From the IMG/VR virus record IMGVR_UViG_3300029952_000010, positions 4,368-68,367 of that record: a stretch of 64,000 nt of DNA; one strand, given 5' to 3'. Origin of the DNA: a virus. Of the stretch, positions 38,241 through 48,485 are shown in pieces (the first letter of the stretch is position 1; the number at the start of each line of letters is the position of its first letter). Both the position numbers and the translations under genes were made by a program. The notes beneath the pieces are model-generated. The model saw only the letters and a list, made by a program, of their open reading frames with translations, was not told the DNA's origin and ran no database searches.

Positions 38241-38626
38241 CCCTATCTCAAATAAACCAGCGGCTTGATTTGTTTAAGGATTATTTGGCGTACCGACTGG
38301 ATGCTAAATTTACTCAATTAGGTTTTACATATACGCCTGAATATATCGTAAAGATGTTTGTTACTCACGGTTTTTTGATAAACATGAGGGATATAGCAGT
38401 TGAATTATTATCTTTTGACCAATGGCTTGTGTTATATAACCATGTTGATTTGGCTTTGTCTACTGAAAAAATAAACATAGGCACAACGCCTTTAATGCAA
38501 AAAGTTTCTTACGGAGGCGTTAATAAGCCCTATGAGATTTTAGGTAGTTTTGATTTTTTTAAAAGTATGGATGAAATGTTGAAGCGTGAATACCCATTAA
38601 CACCAAATGAATGTTATGAAAAGTAA
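38237..38626 (+). CDS. Hypothetical protein
   Basis: ATGA-coupled. Confidence 0.65.
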   Translation: MTLSQINQRLDLFKDYLAYRLDAKFTQLGFTYTPEYIVKMFVTHGFLINMRDIAVELLSFDQWLVLYNHVDLALSTEKINIGTTPLMQKVSYGGVNKPYEILGSFDFFKSMDEMLKREYPLTPNECYEK

Positions 38627-38828
38627 AAGCATAGCAAAAATACTAATACCTGTTGGTAGGACTGACGAGCAAAAAGAAAACGTGCCTAATATGGGATTAA
38701 AATATACTGACCCAAATAAAAAGTCATATACAATCATAGAAAAAATGATGCCATTGGTTGACCAAATAACTAAAATTCATCTAAAAATACAGGACTTACA
38801 GGGTAAACATGTTAAAAGATTGAAATGA
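38607..38828 (+). CDS. Hypothetical protein
   Basis: Operon packing. Confidence 0.55.
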   Translation: MNVMKSKSIAKILIPVGRTDEQKENVPNMGLKYTDPNKKSYTIIEKMMPLVDQITKIHLKIQDLQGKHVKRLK

Positions 38829-39172
38829 AAACATACAAAGAGGGTGATTACAATAAAAGTTTGGTTCATAACGCGACAAAGTATACATTTCCTTGCATCA
38901 AGCATAATGGTAAGTTGTGGAATTTGGATATGGATACTATAATGCAGTATCCTGCGTATCACAAATTCGCTGAAAAAGAAACAGATTTAACCCAAAGAGA
39001 ACAAGACCACTTATTAAGGGTTGATGCAATTAGAGATGAGTATGAGAAAGAAGTTTTTGACATTCAAGAACAATTAGATAGGATGACCATTAAGTACCAA
39101 GCGTGTAGTAACATACTTGAACGACTTAGAAGCTCATTTTGGCAATATATTTTATTTAGGTTTAAGATATGA
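38825..39172 (+). CDS. Hypothetical coiled-coil protein
   Basis: ATGA-coupled. Confidence 0.6.
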   Translation: MKTYKEGDYNKSLVHNATKYTFPCIKHNGKLWNLDMDTIMQYPAYHKFAEKETDLTQREQDHLLRVDAIRDEYEKEVFDIQEQLDRMTIKYQACSNILERLRSSFWQYILFRFKI

Positions 39173-39348
39173 GCGAAGTTTCAATTAAAATAGCCCATGA
39201 GAAGTGGGTGTCACGGGATTGGCATAAGTCTAAGAGAAAAATATATACATTAGCATGTCAGGCAAGATTTGAATATGAATATGCCGTTTCAATACGTGAG
39301 TTAAATGATGCAAGAACTTGGAATTTTAAACGGTTTAATTGGATATGA
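39169..39348 (+). CDS. 59-aa hypothetical protein
   Basis: ATGA overlaps at both ends. Confidence 0.5.
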   Translation: MSEVSIKIAHEKWVSRDWHKSKRKIYTLACQARFEYEYAVSIRELNDARTWNFKRFNWI

Positions 39349-39599
39349 AAAAATATTTTAAAATGGTTTTAACCCCGAAATTTAGAATTGAAAAAGTAGT
39401 AAACACATCGGGTATTACGCATTTTTATATTCAAAAATTTCATTGGTACGGATGGAGATATGAATATTAAAAACCACCAATTTGTTACAGAAGCGGGCAT
39501 CAGTATAATTACTCTATTTCTGATTGCGAAGATTATATAAAATCAGAAATTGATGCGTTTAAAAATAAAGATATTAAAAGTATATACAAAGTTTACTAA
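39345..39599 (+). pseudogene. Small gene interrupted by in-frame TAA (39468-39470)
   Basis: MKKYFKMVLTPKFRI...WYGWRYEY*KPP...SISDCEDYIK...; layout resembles 61708..61989. Confidence 0.55.
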
Positions 39600-39600
39600 T

Positions 39601-39687
39601 ATGACAATCCCTATCTTAATCGGCATCCTATACGGAATAGGAATAATTATTATTGTTTGGGGTATTTGTAAAGCGGTAGTTAGATGA
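39601..39687 (+). CDS. 28-aa single-TM microprotein
   Basis: MTIPILIGILYGIGIIIIVWGICKAVVR. Confidence 0.5.
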   Translation: MTIPILIGILYGIGIIIIVWGICKAVVR

Positions 39688-39812
39688 ACCGCCTACTCTG
39701 CTACCTACTAAACCATCAATGCGTATCATACCGATTTGCTTCGACTAAGATATGCTTACGCTGTGGGTGTAGGTGGGTTAAAATTAAAGGAATATGGAAA
39801 AGGGTACATTAA
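39684..39812 (+). CDS. 42-aa DUF1660-like Zn-binding protein
   Basis: LLCYLLNH...CLRCG. Confidence 0.55.
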   Translation: MNRLLCYLLNHQCVSYRFASTKICLRCGCRWVKIKGIWKRVH

Positions 39813-40075
39813 CTGGCGCATACATGGAGTTTGTAAATCTAATACACAAACTCAATTTTGGTTTTGAAACGGAGATAAGCAGAGATGATGATAGGGTTGT
39901 ATTTACAGTTATATTTGGCAAAATAGGTACTGATTATAAACAAAAAGGATGGGTTGTAAATAGATATTTTGGTGTAAATAATTTTGATAGCCTATATGAA
40001 TTTCATAAAGATGCTTACTTGAGTTGTATAGATTTATTAAAACAATACAAGTTAGATATTGTTAACCCTACATGA
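39794..40075 (+). CDS. Hypothetical protein
   Basis: Operon packing. Confidence 0.6.
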   Translation: MEKGTLTGAYMEFVNLIHKLNFGFETEISRDDDRVVFTVIFGKIGTDYKQKGWVVNRYFGVNNFDSLYEFHKDAYLSCIDLLKQYKLDIVNPT

Positions 40076-40233
40076 ACATCACCGAACTTTGGATAATTAT
40101 ATCCACCATAGTATTTACGTTAGCGGCTTTTAGCTATCCAAATACAGCACCATATTATTGGGGATTCAGGGGATTTGCAATTATATTAGCCATATTAGGT
40201 TGGTTTATTGTATTTACCCAATTCCTGCACTAA
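40072..40233 (+). CDS. 53-aa two-TM protein
   Basis: MNITELWIIISTIVFTLAAFS...FAIILAILGWFIVF; ATGA-coupled. Confidence 0.55.
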   Translation: MNITELWIIISTIVFTLAAFSYPNTAPYYWGFRGFAIILAILGWFIVFTQFLH

Positions 40234-42662
40234 GCCGGTTGCCCCTGCCCCTGAGCCTCTTGAGGCGTAGCCTCCTGCTGATTATCGGGGTGCTGTTGTA
40301 ATGCTGCACCTTTAGCCATAGCCTGCATTGCATCAAGCACCGTTTGTTTTTGTGCGGCATTCGTAATGTTTAACCCCGCAAAAATAAAATCTGGAATATC
40401 CGATAGTTTCGCCCCCGGTTTCTGCAATATAGTCGTAGCAATAGCCGTTTTCAAAGCACCGCTAAACTTGTAATCCTCCTGCATAGCCACACCTTGCTGT
40501 TTCTTATCTTCCAACTCCATCTTATTAGCGTGAATCATTTGCTGGGTCTGCATATCGCCTTGCTGTTTAGCCTGTGCGTTTTGGGCGTTTAACTGCCCCT
40601 GTTGCTGTATGTTCTGTTGCGCCTCCTGCGCTGCCTCTTTTTTACGGCGTTTAATTCGTGCTGCCATTAGATAGCTTGCGTATTTCAAATCTGTCTGCGC
40701 TACCCTGCGTATATCAACGGCATCATGGAACTCAATTTGTTTCTGCGCAAGAGCCTGGTTAATATCGTTATTCAAATTAGCCTGTTCCTGCTCATCCAAA
40801 ACTACCTGTATCATCACATCAAATGCCATTTTACCTAAGTCATCGGTTGCCTCTAACTTCAGGTTCTCAATCTTATCAGTTCCCAAAGCACGTCCATACC
40901 CGTCATAAGATAATACGCCATACTTTTTGCCGAATACCAACATATCCCAAAGCATGATTTGCACCAATTTAGCCACCCGTTGCTTGCTGTTTAGGAACGC
41001 ATCATATAGAAAATTGCTTGCCGACTGTGCTATTTGCTTAGCGTTCTGCATAACTTCTTTACCTACCGCCTGATTGCTTATCTGCCCCGAAGCAAGCTGA
41101 TTATCGCCAACAATCCTGCTAAGTATGTCATAGTGCATATTCCACTGGTTCATTAGCTGATCCAGCTTTGATGAGAATGGCACATTTGCAGGTTCAATGG
41201 GCGCTTTCCTTTGCCCATCACCGTCATCTTCAATAGATTTATAGTATTGAATACCTGTTTGCTTGTAAATCTTATACAATTGGAACGGGGTCAAATCTGC
41301 CATTCCTTCACCCAAAGTTATATCGCTCATAAAAGCAATATCTACCTTAAATCCATCAGGGGCGGCGGATGCGATTATCTTCTGTTGTTGCAGATAAATT
41401 AACTGCATCATCTTAATGGACGGTATCATAGCTTCTGCCAATGGTTTATTACCTAATGCGCTATTGTCGGGCATATAGATAACGTAGGGCGAATACACCT
41501 CTGTCAAATTCTTTTCGGGCTTAACCATGTTCTTTGATAACCCCCATTCAAGCAGGTAATCGGTATCTGTTATCCAAACGCCTGTATAGGTGACCTCGTA
41601 AGCAGGGCTGTCTATATACTCCTTTTCGGGCACTTTAGCATACTTTCTATTCAGCACTTCTTTACCGAACCTGTCCTGCTCAACGGAATAAGTAATGTTA
41701 TTTAGCGTTTTCAGGTAAAGTATAACGGTGCTAACCCGGAAGTTGTCATAGGGTCTTGACGGGGAGTTGGTAAAGTATTCAGACCATTCAAATGACCATG
41801 TATCGGGGTTATTATTCTTGCCCCGTTGCGATTTAGCTAATTCAAATAGTTTTTGCTCTGATACCTTGCTTGGGTACTTTTGCCTAATATCCATGATGGA
41901 CATAAAATATATCTCACCCATGAATTGCCAGTCACGCCAGTCGTAATATTCGCTCGATGAGGCGATGAAGTTTTCGGGGCGGACATTACGTATCTTAACC
42001 CTTGAGTTGTTGTCTACCTCAACCACGCTTACCAAATAGCCTGCGCAAATGGTGTCCATCAGCGACCTGTCCTTTATTACGCCATCAAAGTCATTTTCAT
42101 AAAAAACAATCTCGATACCGTTTTCCATCAATACTTCTTCACGTTCTTTGTAGTTGAACCCGTACTCCATATCCACCTCGTTCTCATCTTCGGGGTCGTC
42201 GTCCTTGAACTGCTCAATATTTACTCCGCTTTCATGCTGAAGTGTCGCTATGCGCTGTTTCTCCATCATTTTGAAAACGTCGTTATCCCTTGCTGTTTTC
42301 TTTTTATCCTGCGTAAATGGGTCTATGGAATTGCAAACAACTTTTTCTACACGCTGATTATACCTGTCTTTAATCCTTGCTATAAACGGCATAGCGATAG
42401 GTAACGGGTCAAAAATAAGGTTGATAACAGACATTTCACCGTCAACGTCGAGTATGTCCATATACTCATCCATTGGCTGTTTACCCATCATAAACGCCCT
42501 ATTGTAATCGAACCTTTGCTTTCTTGCCGCCCTGCTTTCCCCGCTGAATGAGCCGTTATTCCAACCATCATAAGTTGCTTTCATAAACTGAAGTCCGTAT
42601 TGGGCGGTTCTTTTGACATCATCCGGCTCAAGCGGATTCGGAAAAGTGGAGTTTTCTGACAT
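40230..42662 (-). CDS. Portal protein
   Basis: ~810 aa; R.F..GKQP..Y, L...PLPI, IASAAPDG, LY.QTG..YY, Q-rich C-terminal coil; between terminase and scaffold. Confidence 0.85.
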   Translation of the reverse strand: MSENSTFPNPLEPDDVKRTAQYGLQFMKATYDGWNNGSFSGESRAARKQRFDYNRAFMMGKQPMDEYMDILDVDGEMSVINLIFDPLPIAMPFIARIKDRYNQRVEKVVCNSIDPFTQDKKKTARDNDVFKMMEKQRIATLQHESGVNIEQFKDDDPEDENEVDMEYGFNYKEREEVLMENGIEIVFYENDFDGVIKDRSLMDTICAGYLVSVVEVDNNSRVKIRNVRPENFIASSSEYYDWRDWQFMGEIYFMSIMDIRQKYPSKVSEQKLFELAKSQRGKNNNPDTWSFEWSEYFTNSPSRPYDNFRVSTVILYLKTLNNITYSVEQDRFGKEVLNRKYAKVPEKEYIDSPAYEVTYTGVWITDTDYLLEWGLSKNMVKPEKNLTEVYSPYVIYMPDNSALGNKPLAEAMIPSIKMMQLIYLQQQKIIASAAPDGFKVDIAFMSDITLGEGMADLTPFQLYKIYKQTGIQYYKSIEDDGDGQRKAPIEPANVPFSSKLDQLMNQWNMHYDILSRIVGDNQLASGQISNQAVGKEVMQNAKQIAQSASNFLYDAFLNSKQRVAKLVQIMLWDMLVFGKKYGVLSYDGYGRALGTDKIENLKLEATDDLGKMAFDVMIQVVLDEQEQANLNNDINQALAQKQIEFHDAVDIRRVAQTDLKYASYLMAARIKRRKKEAAQEAQQNIQQQGQLNAQNAQAKQQGDMQTQQMIHANKMELEDKKQQGVAMQEDYKFSGALKTAIATTILQKPGAKLSDIPDFIFAGLNITNAAQKQTVLDAMQAMAKGAALQQHPDNQQEATPQEAQGQGQPA

Positions 42663-42710
42663 GAATACAAATATAAAATATTTTTGGAATAGCAAAGGAT
42701 AAATCGTAAA

Positions 42711-43058
42711 TTGCGTCTAGCAACACGAGAATTTATGGAATTAATAAAACATCTTTACGGGTTAGCCCGTACTTTAAAGTCTATTCAGGTAGATACTGAA
42801 ACAACCCAAATAAAGCTATCATCAGTCGATATAGAACTCGACTATAACGACTATAACCATATCGAACATGAACTACATGCGTCTTTGAAGACCTATGAAT
42901 TTAAGTATATTGAACCAATAACTGTATATTATAAAGGTAGAGTTAAGGGATATATCCGTGTAAGTATAGACGGGATGACTTTTAATATTTATAAAAAAAT
43001 TGAGGGTTATGATGTGTCAGAAGTTAAGGTTAAGAAACCTTTTAGTAGATTTTGGTAA
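42711..43058 (+). CDS. Hypothetical protein
   Basis: First ORF of a plus-strand island; start uncertain. Confidence 0.6.
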   Translation: MRLATREFMELIKHLYGLARTLKSIQVDTETTQIKLSSVDIELDYNDYNHIEHELHASLKTYEFKYIEPITVYYKGRVKGYIRVSIDGMTFNIYKKIEGYDVSEVKVKKPFSRFW

Positions 43059-43522
43059 TTATGAAAGCAAAAGATATTCACTACCCATCATTAATTCGTG
43101 AAATGCAAGAGTTTGGCGCAAAGCGTTCACTTGAATTTGAAAGTCCAAAAGAGGCTAAGAAAGCATTTGAAAAATTAAAAGATGGACTTAATAACAAAAT
43201 AGAATGGAAAACGCCATCGCCTAATGCTTATGATGGTTCAACAATTAGCCGATTTGACTTTGAAGTGCCAATAATGTTTAACCCAAACCTTACTCACATT
43301 TCAGGGTTTGACTTTTCAAAATCGGGCTATCGGATGGGATACGACCCATACCAACCATATACAGAACCATCAAAATATAAAGTTATTCGTTTGCCACGTA
43401 AGGTTAAAAAACAACTTAAAAAGTTTTGGAAAGGTAAAATGGTTAAATCAAAGTTACCTTTCTATTTGGGTATATCAAAGGTTAGTCAGTATTATTATTG
43501 TAAGGTTAAGGAGGAAAAATAG
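43052..43522 (+). CDS. Hypothetical protein
   Basis: RLPRKVKKQLKK motif. Confidence 0.6.
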   Translation: MVIMKAKDIHYPSLIREMQEFGAKRSLEFESPKEAKKAFEKLKDGLNNKIEWKTPSPNAYDGSTISRFDFEVPIMFNPNLTHISGFDFSKSGYRMGYDPYQPYTEPSKYKVIRLPRKVKKQLKKFWKGKMVKSKLPFYLGISKVSQYYYCKVKEEK

Positions 43523-43523
43523 T

Positions 43524-43730
43524 ATGATAAAAATAAACTTAAATGACGAAACAATAGCCCTCCTGCAACGCATGGGTAGTGTCGTAAATGCAGAAGATGG
43601 TAAAACTTATTACTTTCTGCCTTTTTGGTTTGAGTGTGATAATGAAAGTGAAAATTCATTTATTATACACCATTTGAATAGGCTGCCAAAGCCGTTAGTT
43701 GATAAGATAATTAAAGATAGGGAGATATGA
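43524..43730 (+). CDS. Hypothetical protein
   Basis: MIKINLN start; upstream part of the track ORF overlaps the previous gene. Confidence 0.55.
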   Translation: MIKINLNDETIALLQRMGSVVNAEDGKTYYFLPFWFECDNESENSFIIHHLNRLPKPLVDKIIKDREI

Positions 43731-44026
43731 GCGCAGCCGCAATAATGTGTTTAATGGATTCAGTTAAATATAAAAAACCAAATTCAGAACCAATTCGGGG
43801 CGGAATGGTAATATTTGGCATGAATACCCCACGCACATTAATTGAGAAAAGTACTGAAATTGTATTTAAATGGGTCGACTATAACGATGGTCTATTTTAT
43901 GTCGGAAAACAACTTCGTATAATTGATGGTCAAGAATATGTTTATACCATACAACTATCAATATACGATTATGAATACACAAAGGGCAATTATGTAGTAA
44001 TTGGTGATGAAATGGGAAGATACTGA
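43727..44026 (+). CDS. Hypothetical protein
   Basis: ATGA-coupled. Confidence 0.55.
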   Translation: MSAAAIMCLMDSVKYKKPNSEPIRGGMVIFGMNTPRTLIEKSTEIVFKWVDYNDGLFYVGKQLRIIDGQEYVYTIQLSIYDYEYTKGNYVVIGDEMGRY

Positions 44027-44151
44027 AGACCAGTGAAATTCCGACATATGTGAAAATAGGACTTGGTGTAAATTAGGACTGCACGCAGAAAGAGCATAAA
44101 ACAGAATTACAGCCGCATTCGGTACTGATAGGGTCTAAGGTCCTTTGCTTT

Positions 44152-46170
44152 TTAAACCGTCCAAGTCCTTTTCGCCCGTACATTCCTTAACTTCATAAAC
44201 TGCTTAACCTTTTCGGGTGCGGTATTATTCCGTACGTTCTCAAACCCGCCAATTAGCGCCATACCAAAAGCGATCACGTCATCATAAGCCGTACGGTCAT
44301 CCGTAGTGTATACTTTCAACTGCTGCACCAATTCCAAATAGTACAGCTTATGCCAATGGTTTTTTAGGTATTCATGGATAACCTGAGTGTGCTTTTGCAG
44401 GGCGTAAGGGTCTTTAGATGGCGTGCCATACTTTACAGCCACCCTTTTTCGCTGCGGGTCAACGGTAATAGCAGGTCGCCACATAACATAGTTCTTAAAA
44501 CCGTTTTGGAGGAATGTTTCGTAGTAGTCGTCCACATCACTTTCATAGTTAGCCTTGCATCCGTAGTATTGGCACATCAGCATCACATTCTTATGAAAAT
44601 CCGCTTTCATTCGGGTACGTTGCGCATATCTGCATACCATCATTGCGCTATTATCCGGGTCGTTAATCACACCTTTCCTATACACATAGGCAACCGCCAT
44701 AGACGCCTGCTTACCCGTGGTAATAGTTGCTGCAAAAGGGTCGACACCGATAGCAAACTCATCTGTCATAGCTGGGGCGAACAGACCGTTAGCGTGTAAT
44801 TTCCGCCTGTTGCTCTCGCTTAAAGGGTTTAAAAAGTCCCAACAAATCTCGAAGTAACCTCTCTTATCATCACGCCATTTAACCTGACCATCCATGTCGT
44901 CACGGTAGAAAGTAATGCGCCTTAATAAGTTTTTAGGTGCTTCCTCCATTAGATAATCTTCCTGTTGCCCCAATTCAGGTGAGCTGAACTCACCGTTACC
45001 GTCTTTGCCTTGAAAGGCGTGTTTGATATTTAGCGGATTTTTTCTTTGGGCAGACAGTAATGCTTCACCCTCTAAGTTAGCCCATGTAGCAAGTATATAT
45101 TCCTTTGCTAATGCTCTATTTGATATGCCATACTCATCTACAAAAGGCTCTCCAGTTAAGGGGTGGTTGGATAAGAAACCGAAATCTGCGGGTATAAACA
45201 GGTTGGTAAGCATGGTGTTCGTCCTACCCGTTGCCTCGCTCTTTGTTGACATAGCCGAACCCACCCATGTTTCATAGAAGTTCTTACCGCCCTTCTTCTC
45301 CATTTCCTCTACGGTAGTAGTCTGTAATGCCTTGCCAGTAATGTTAGCGCCTTTCATTAAACAGTACTTCACAATCTCCCAACGGGTGTTTACATTTACC
45401 TCCAGGGTTTTACCATTTTCGTCACTGTAGTAGGTAAATAGTTCCTCACCATCATACGCTTCTTCCGTAGAAGACCTATGGTCAATGGATGAATTAAGCG
45501 CATCCTGGTATATCTTTTTGTCCCCTTTTGTAGACTTTTTACGAGGTTCGAAGAAGTCGAGCGAGCTTGAAGGGCGTGTTTCGCCGCTATCCAATGGCTT
45601 CAACCATTCGGGCAACTTTGTCCAACTTGCCACCATCTTATTGAATACTACCTTTACATCTGAATTGGTCTTAGATTGTATACCCGCCCTGACATCTGAA
45701 TTGGTAGCGGTACGGAAATATACCCATGCTGTTGAGAATACGGTTTTACCCATACGCCTGTTGGTAATCAGGTTACCCCCCGCAAGGTTGCTGTCCTGCT
45801 CTATTCCCCATATCCATAATGCTATGTCACGCTGCGCATCGACAAACATCATTTGCTTACCTTTATCAGTCCAGTAGTTAAGGAAAAAGTAATGAAAAGG
45901 GGTAAGCCATTCAATCTTACCATTGTTAAAAAACCAGTACCCTTCCCTAAACCGTTTCATCTCCTGAAGTAAAAATGCTTCGGTAGGCTCTATTCCCCGT
46001 TTAGGTTGTTCTGTATAAGTAAATTTCTGTTGTTTTTTGGGTAGCGAATCGCCAACTATAAATCCTCTCCTTATAGGGGATGGTGGCAACGGTACTGTTA
46101 TTTCACCAACCTCTCGCTTTCTATTGCGCTCCCACTCTTTAATGGCTGATTTAAATTCAAAGTCGTTCAT
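44152..46170 (-). CDS. terL: Terminase large subunit
   Basis: NRRMGKT Walker A, YDG....YYSDENGK Walker B, GVDPF and YDDVIA nuclease acidic residues. Confidence 0.9.
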   Translation of the reverse strand: MNDFEFKSAIKEWERNRKREVGEITVPLPPSPIRRGFIVGDSLPKKQQKFTYTEQPKRGIEPTEAFLLQEMKRFREGYWFFNNGKIEWLTPFHYFFLNYWTDKGKQMMFVDAQRDIALWIWGIEQDSNLAGGNLITNRRMGKTVFSTAWVYFRTATNSDVRAGIQSKTNSDVKVVFNKMVASWTKLPEWLKPLDSGETRPSSSLDFFEPRKKSTKGDKKIYQDALNSSIDHRSSTEEAYDGEELFTYYSDENGKTLEVNVNTRWEIVKYCLMKGANITGKALQTTTVEEMEKKGGKNFYETWVGSAMSTKSEATGRTNTMLTNLFIPADFGFLSNHPLTGEPFVDEYGISNRALAKEYILATWANLEGEALLSAQRKNPLNIKHAFQGKDGNGEFSSPELGQQEDYLMEEAPKNLLRRITFYRDDMDGQVKWRDDKRGYFEICWDFLNPLSESNRRKLHANGLFAPAMTDEFAIGVDPFAATITTGKQASMAVAYVYRKGVINDPDNSAMMVCRYAQRTRMKADFHKNVMLMCQYYGCKANYESDVDDYYETFLQNGFKNYVMWRPAITVDPQRKRVAVKYGTPSKDPYALQKHTQVIHEYLKNHWHKLYYLELVQQLKVYTTDDRTAYDDVIAFGMALIGGFENVRNNTAPEKVKQFMKLRNVRAKRTWTV

Positions 46171-46499
46171 TTATTAAGCGCCATAGCTTGAATGTTACGT
46201 ACTTTAGGCTCTGGGGACTCCGCCTTATCATCAATTATCAGCGCCATCCCTTTTATAAGCGCCGCCCTCTCGAACATCTTCATCAGTTGGTCGAATGATT
46301 TGTCTTCCTTGTCCCCGTTCAGGTATATCAACCCCACCTGACTCCCGTCGTTCCTTATCACTATGTCGTTTGCCAAGACGGATGCGGCTTGGTTTAGCGC
46401 CAGTAGCAATCTTGGAACGCCGTTTAGCTGCTCGTCGCACTCTAACAGATATTTTCGCTGGCTTTCTTCGTCCAAGTCGAGAAACGCTATCCTGTCCAT
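46167..46499 (-). CDS. Possible terminase small subunit
   Basis: Helical 110 aa, ATGA-coupled to terL; position only. Confidence 0.45.
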   Translation of the reverse strand: MDRIAFLDLDEESQRKYLLECDEQLNGVPRLLLALNQAASVLANDIVIRNDGSQVGLIYLNGDKEDKSFDQLMKMFERAALIKGMALIIDDKAESPEPKVRNIQAMALNK

Positions 46500-47256
46500 T
46501 TTCTATTGATTTTATTACATTTATCAAGCGCTCATTCAGCATATTAAGGAACGCTACCCCTTTCGGTGTTATCGCCCCGTAACCATGTTTAGCCTCTGTC
46601 TTATTGTAAATATAGATATATTCTTCCTTTGCAAGAAAATTTATTGAGTAGTTAGTAATTTTCCATCGCTTGTTAGCTTCCTCATGGTACAGAAATTCAT
46701 ATATGTTGTATATAGATAACGCATGGGCAAATCTACGCTCCCGAACCGAACCGAACAACTCCCTTACCGATGCCATAATAAGCAATGTTCGCTCAATACC
46801 CACAAGCATATCCTTACCAGAATATCCTGTTTGAAATAACTTATCGTTCGCCTCGATCTCTAACCTCTGCTTGAGGTTACCTATGCGCTCATGGTACTGG
46901 CGCTTCATCTTCTTTTTAGTCCTGCGCTCAACGACTTCTTCACGGCGTTCCAACTTCTTTTCCAAAGCCTTTTTAAAGTGTCCCCGTAACTCGGCAATAG
47001 TGTCGTTACGCTCTTTAAGGTAGGTTTGGTATCGATGGTTTTTGCTGATTAAATCCTCTAACAATGGCAATAACTTACCACGCTTATCATGCTTTATGTA
47101 GTAGTTGAAGTCTGACAACTTAACGTACTTGCCATTATTTACAGCATTGCTCTTTCGTCCTGCTTTGGTATTGCCTTCTACTTCCTCAAATATAACCTCG
47201 CCACGCTTTAGCGAAATCTTCCTGACACCCGCATGTTTTGTAGGCGTTTTTGGCAT
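46231..47256 (-). CDS. Basic coiled-coil + winged-helix-like protein
   Basis: L.KE.YI...AITPKG wHTH-like end; tail overlaps next gene. Confidence 0.55.
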   Translation of the reverse strand: MPKTPTKHAGVRKISLKRGEVIFEEVEGNTKAGRKSNAVNNGKYVKLSDFNYYIKHDKRGKLLPLLEDLISKNHRYQTYLKERNDTIAELRGHFKKALEKKLERREEVVERRTKKKMKRQYHERIGNLKQRLEIEANDKLFQTGYSGKDMLVGIERTLLIMASVRELFGSVRERRFAHALSIYNIYEFLYHEEANKRWKITNYSINFLAKEEYIYIYNKTEAKHGYGAITPKGVAFLNMLNERLINVIKSIENGQDSVSRLGRRKPAKISVRVRRAAKRRSKIATGAKPSRIRLGKRHSDKERRESGGVDIPERGQGRQIIRPTDEDVREGGAYKRDGADN

Positions 47257-47855
47257 TAGTCGGCAACTCCTATAATTTCATGGTCATACACCTTTACATG
47301 AACCTTTCCCTCATATTCAAACATATACTGGTTGTCATCTATGGTTAACACCACATCGCCAACATTATACGGGCTATCCGTAGGGGTAACGGTTAAGCGC
47401 ACATGGCACTTTTTAAAGTTTGGTATCCAATCGGGTAGCAATATACCAAGTGGCGTGAACCTTTTTCCCGCAATTCGTTCGGCTATGTAAGTCCCCTTAG
47501 TAGGTAACATCTCGCCACCCTCGCCAACCTTAAAGAACACCGAATTACCTTTTATCATTTTACCGGTTACTTCACCTAAAACAGTATCGCCATTCTCATA
47601 CTCAAGGTAATGGGTGAACAATTTATCCCCCACTTTATATTCGGGATACCTCGGGTTTTCAGACAATACATAACACACCTGCGGGTTAGCCTCCTTGCGG
47701 TCGAGGTTTTCAGTTCGCTGACCTGTGTAAAATCCGTACTCATCCCGCTGCTCCCAAACGATTGGTATAACCAATTCTACCCCATTAGGTAACGTATGGT
47801 AAAACTTAGACCTATCGTCGTATGAAACAAAAATCCAGTCGTTTATGCACTTCAT
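47256..47855 (-). CDS. Tandem GroES-like protein
   Basis: Two GroES-like units (NGVEL/LGILLP, KVGD/NVGD, EIIGV). Confidence 0.55.
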   Translation of the reverse strand: MKCINDWIFVSYDDRSKFYHTLPNGVELVIPIVWEQRDEYGFYTGQRTENLDRKEANPQVCYVLSENPRYPEYKVGDKLFTHYLEYENGDTVLGEVTGKMIKGNSVFFKVGEGGEMLPTKGTYIAERIAGKRFTPLGILLPDWIPNFKKCHVRLTVTPTDSPYNVGDVVLTIDDNQYMFEYEGKVHVKVYDHEIIGVAD

Positions 47856-47859
47856 AAAC

Positions 47860-48126
47860 TTAATCTAATACCGCATAAACATCTTCTTCTTTCATGATAA
47901 GATAATTCTTATCCGCATAGGTGACATTAGTGCCGCCGTACTTACCAAACAACACCTTATCGCCAGTCTTGATAACCTGAGTATCTCCTACTGCCATAAC
48001 AGTACCTACCTGCGGTTTCTCCTGTGCTATTTCGGGTATAATTATACCACCCTTTGACATTGTTTCAGCAGCCATTTGTTCAATAACAATCCTGCTCCCT
48101 ATTGGTCTTATATTTATTTTGCTCAT
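47860..48126 (-). CDS. groES: Co-chaperonin GroES
   Basis: IRPIGSRIVI, KGGIIIP..AQEKPQ.G.V.AVG, GDKVLFGKYGGT, LIMKEEDV.AV. Confidence 0.93.
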   Translation of the reverse strand: MSKINIRPIGSRIVIEQMAAETMSKGGIIIPEIAQEKPQVGTVMAVGDTQVIKTGDKVLFGKYGGTNVTYADKNYLIMKEEDVYAVLD

Positions 48127-48129
48127 ATC

Positions 48130-48336
48130 TTATTTATCATACTTTACATCACTATCAAACTCTTTTGGCGTAACCTTAACCTCTTTACTACCCCGCCTCA
48201 ACACATAAACATCTTCCAAATAATAATTCGGAACAGACATGAGTGTGTACTTCTCGCCCTTGTAATATACTGTTCGGTTGATTAAGTGTTCGTTAGCCAT
48301 ATTAATAGCCATCCACCCCGCCAAAGACATAAGCAA
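48130..48336 (-). CDS. Hypothetical protein
   Basis: Probable start MANEHL. Confidence 0.55.
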   Translation of the reverse strand: MLMSLAGWMAINMANEHLINRTVYYKGEKYTLMSVPNYYLEDVYVLRRGSKEVKVTPKEFDSDVKYDK

Positions 48337-48485
48337 CTACGAGTGGCAGGAAGTATGGACAGCTAATTTCTTTTTTATCTCGTTGTTGCACACGCAATAT
48401 ACACCTTGTTTTTCACATTTGCAAATCATATCTTTACATCAGGTGAGGGTGGCAATGTTGCCCGCCCAATATTCCGAACCAAAAA

